Source: Trypethelium eluteriae
Taxonomy: Eukaryota
Assembly: GCA_051942245.1 (NCBI GenBank)
Contig: JAVECL010000112.1
Location: 1-51,126, forward strand
DNA: 51,126 nucleotides
Reading direction: 5' to 3'
Positions 48,512 through 51,126 of the stretch are shown here, one piece after another (positions within the stretch are counted from its first letter, which is position 1; every line of letters begins with the position of its first letter). A model generated the notes under the pieces. That model was not told the origin of the DNA and ran no database searches. It saw only the letters and a list, made by a program, of their open reading frames with translations. The translations under genes and the position numbers were made by a program.

Positions 48512-49386
48512 AGCTGTTGGATATGACGCAGACGGAAGCGGCAGAAATCTGGGGGACTGCCGTTCACGGTCGCGTGGCAGTTGCTCTAGAAGCCAGGAGG
48601 CCAGGGCGGTCAGAGCCAGGAACCGAAGGCAGGGTTGCAGAAGGATTCATGAGCATGATGGGGAAGGATCCGTGGGATCATAGACGGCACCCGGATCTGG
48701 AGAAGTCCCTAATGGGCGTAGTGGGCTGAAAGAGCTTGCCCTATCAGGCCTATTGAACGAGGGCAAAGGGACGACAGCTGGCACACAGCTTCAGGGCCTG
48801 CTCTCTTATTCGTGCCCTTCCAACAAATCATCGTCACCACCTTTCCTCCACGAATTTAGGTAGTTAGCGATGCTCCCACCCTCCTTCGTATGGAGTACCA
48901 CGCGACGACCTGGCCTCGGTCTCTCTCTCCCGACTTTTTCCCCCGTCACCCGCTGTACCCCATCCCCATGCCGTTCTATGCCACATAGCTCCCACATGTC
49001 CGCACCCCCTCGATGCGAATCGCCATTTCTCGCAAGGACCCGTGACGCTTACATTCCAGCCGTCGCCTACGTGGGTAATTAACTCTTTATCCGCGTGCGT
49101 GCGTCCACAATCTGAAACCCTCCTCAAGACCTGCAGAAAGCATCTACGTGACTAGCCTATTGTCATCGTGCTTCACCTCTCGGCCGGGCTTGGTATTGTT
49201 TCTTCTTGATTGAAACATTCGCACGTGCTCTTTCACACCCCAGATCTGATAACACTCAACACCAATAACACCAGCTCCCTTTGTCTCCATCCTTCGAACC
49301 GACCTCCATTCTCTCCACGACCTTCACTGACGCCTCTGCGTTGCCCCATCGCCTCTCTCACCATCGACTTCTTGATCAACCTAGGC

Positions 49387-49899
49387 ATGGACATGACGAC
49401 GTCCAACAACTCTGCCTCAGCCTTCCACACCTCCAGCAGCTTTTCTTCGCTTTCCTCCGCCTCTAGCACCACAATGCCCAGCCTCGAAACCACACTCGCC
49501 CGTACTCCTTCCTCGATCTCCGCCGCCTCGGCACCCCTCCCTTCGCCCACTTTCCAAACCCACGCCTTGGCCTCTTTCCCATCTGCTCCCGCATCCGCAG
49601 CTCAGACTTCGCATATGCAGCAGCCACACCAACAGCAGCCACAGTCGTATACGCATCACCAATATCTTGCACCACAACAGTACCTTTCTCAGCAGCAGGT
49701 GCAGAGTCAGCAGCTCCAGCAGCAGCAACAGCAGCAACCGGCTGTCCAGCGTAATCCATATCAGGGCCAGCGTGGTGGACAGGATGGGGGCGCACCTACC
49801 ACGTCGCCGTTTCTGCAAGACTTCACGCTCGTGGCAGAGGCGGCGAAGCGGGCCCAGATGGCGTGTCTGATGCGGGATATGGAGGGGTGCGAGCTCTGA
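49387..49899 (+). CDS. Small Ser- and Gln-rich protein with a conserved-looking C-terminal helix, function unknown
   Basis: ATG 49387 or 49393; poly-Q region; ends FLQDFTLVAEAAKRAQMACLMRDMEGCEL, a motif I recall from Pezizomycotina hypothetical proteins. Confidence 0.8.
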   Translation: MDMTTSNNSASAFHTSSSFSSLSSASSTTMPSLETTLARTPSSISAASAPLPSPTFQTHALASFPSAPASAAQTSHMQQPHQQQPQSYTHHQYLAPQQYLSQQQVQSQQLQQQQQQQPAVQRNPYQGQRGGQDGGAPTTSPFLQDFTLVAEAAKRAQMACLMRDMEGCEL

Positions 49900-50425
49900 T
49901 GGAAAGTCTACATCTGCCCAGCACGACTTCGATTTCGACCACAGAACAACCAAATGGTGTTTGAGGCTGGCATTGAGTTTGGAAGATAGCATGACACGGC
50001 AATACGGCAGCTACTGAGAGCGGACACCGTGAGAGAGTGTCACGGTGAGATTGATTGCAATTTGAAGCATTTCGTAGCAGGCAGGATGGCGGCACAGGAA
50101 ACATGAGATCGATATCCAGTTTCCTTCTTGTCACGGCGTTGAATTTCCCATATCGTTACCCCTCAGCCTCAGCATCATCGGCGGCGTCAAAGAGGGATGG
50201 ATCGGCAACGAGGATCTTCGTGAACAGATTGGTTTTCGTTAGGGAACCCAAGGCGGCATACTCATTGCTCAAGCGATTTCATTGACGGCGAATCATCAAG
50301 CCCTGATATTTCTTAGTGCTAATGAAATACCCACTCACTTTATGCTATGAAATGACCAGATCTACACCTTGCAACTGATCGCAACGTAGAAAAAAGAACC
50401 CGCAGCGACTAAAAGTAATGAATAT

Positions 50426-51126
50426 TCACTGAGCTATACGAAGATACATCGCTTCTTCTTTCCACATGACTCCATCCTCCGCCCCCGTATCACCTCTCTC
50501 TGCTTTCCCCTTTCCCTTTGCCTCGACCTTTCTCGACTCCTCCCTTTCGCCTCCATCCCCCTTCTCCCTCTCAACCGTCTTCCCAATGCGAATACCCGGA
50601 TCAAAACTCACCAACACAATCTTCTCGCCACCTCCCCCAGGGTCCTCAATCCCATACACCAACGACCGCTCATCCGCCACCGCATTCACCACCTTCCCCC
50701 ACGGCAGTCTCACCTCCTCTCCCACAGTGCTCTTCCCTTCCCCCTTCCTCTCCGCCTCCCCAGCATCCCCAGGGACGCGCCTGGGCGGCCACAGCCTCAC
50801 CCCACCATACACCCAGCGCTCCTCGCTCCCCTCGACCAGCTCCCCCGTCAGCTCATCCCTCTCCGGCCGCCGCACCCAGCCCTCCTCATCCAACGGACTC
50901 GCCCTCCTCCTCCCCGCGCCGCGAAGTCGCAGACACGGCACCACTGCAGTACTCCCATCCGCAGTGCGGACCTCGTCGTCGTCCTCTACGAGATCGAGAA
51001 ACGAGGACGACGCGAGGTTGTACGCGCGGTGCTTCGTCTTCCAGAGGAGGAAGGACGGGCCAGGAGACGAAGGTGGCGGAGGCGGCGTGGAGGAGGTGTC
51101 GTCTGAGGTGGAGAGGGAGAGGGAGA
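50426..51126 (-). CDS. 3' part of a conserved fungal hypothetical protein (possibly an F-box-containing family); 5' end outside window
   Basis: Frame is open to the window edge. Blocks KHRAYNLASSSFLDLVED, CLRLRG, RLWPP, ADERSLVY, IVLVSFDPGI. Stop TGA 50428-50426. Confidence 0.75.
   Translation of the reverse strand, partial: SLSLSTSDDTSSTPPPPPSSPGPSFLLWKTKHRAYNLASSSFLDLVEDDDEVRTADGSTAVVPCLRLRGAGRRRASPLDEEGWVRRPERDELTGELVEGSEERWVYGGVRLWPPRRVPGDAGEAERKGEGKSTVGEEVRLPWGKVVNAVADERSLVYGIEDPGGGGEKIVLVSFDPGIRIGKTVEREKGDGGEREESRKVEAKGKGKAERGDTGAEDGVMWKEEAMYLRIAQ

Overview
Eukaryotic DNA from a filamentous ascomycete (Pezizomycotina, probably Dothideomycete-like). The evidence is short spliceosomal introns (mostly 47-80 nt, GT...CTRAY...YAG) and no bacterial, CRISPR, rRNA or tRNA signal that I could support. 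The right half (25-51 kb) is gene-dense and conserved: an ACS/Dal5-family MFS transporter, BUD32, MAF1, APS1, a glutamate-cysteine ligase modifier subunit, an Aa_trans amino-acid permease, a SUN-family protein, EFM7/NNT1, a Mac1/GRISEA-type copper-fist transcription factor, KTI12, a small Gln-rich protein and the 3' end of another gene. The left half (1-25 kb) is accessory-like: a four-hevein (CBM18) protein, orphan ORFs, one conserved hypothetical gene, a PtGR-like reductase and two pseudogenes. Three non-coding signals stand out. (1) A 171-bp foldback element with 78-bp arms and a 2-bp AA target duplication; removing it restores the frame of a pseudogene, and a second copy of its terminus lies 9.7 kb away. 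(2) A 434-nt MAF1 intron that folds into a nested multi-stem structure. (3) A 280-nt EFM7 intron containing two extra consensus donors and a candidate 36-nt in-frame cassette exon. All family names come from recalled motifs and by-eye alignment; no database search was run.
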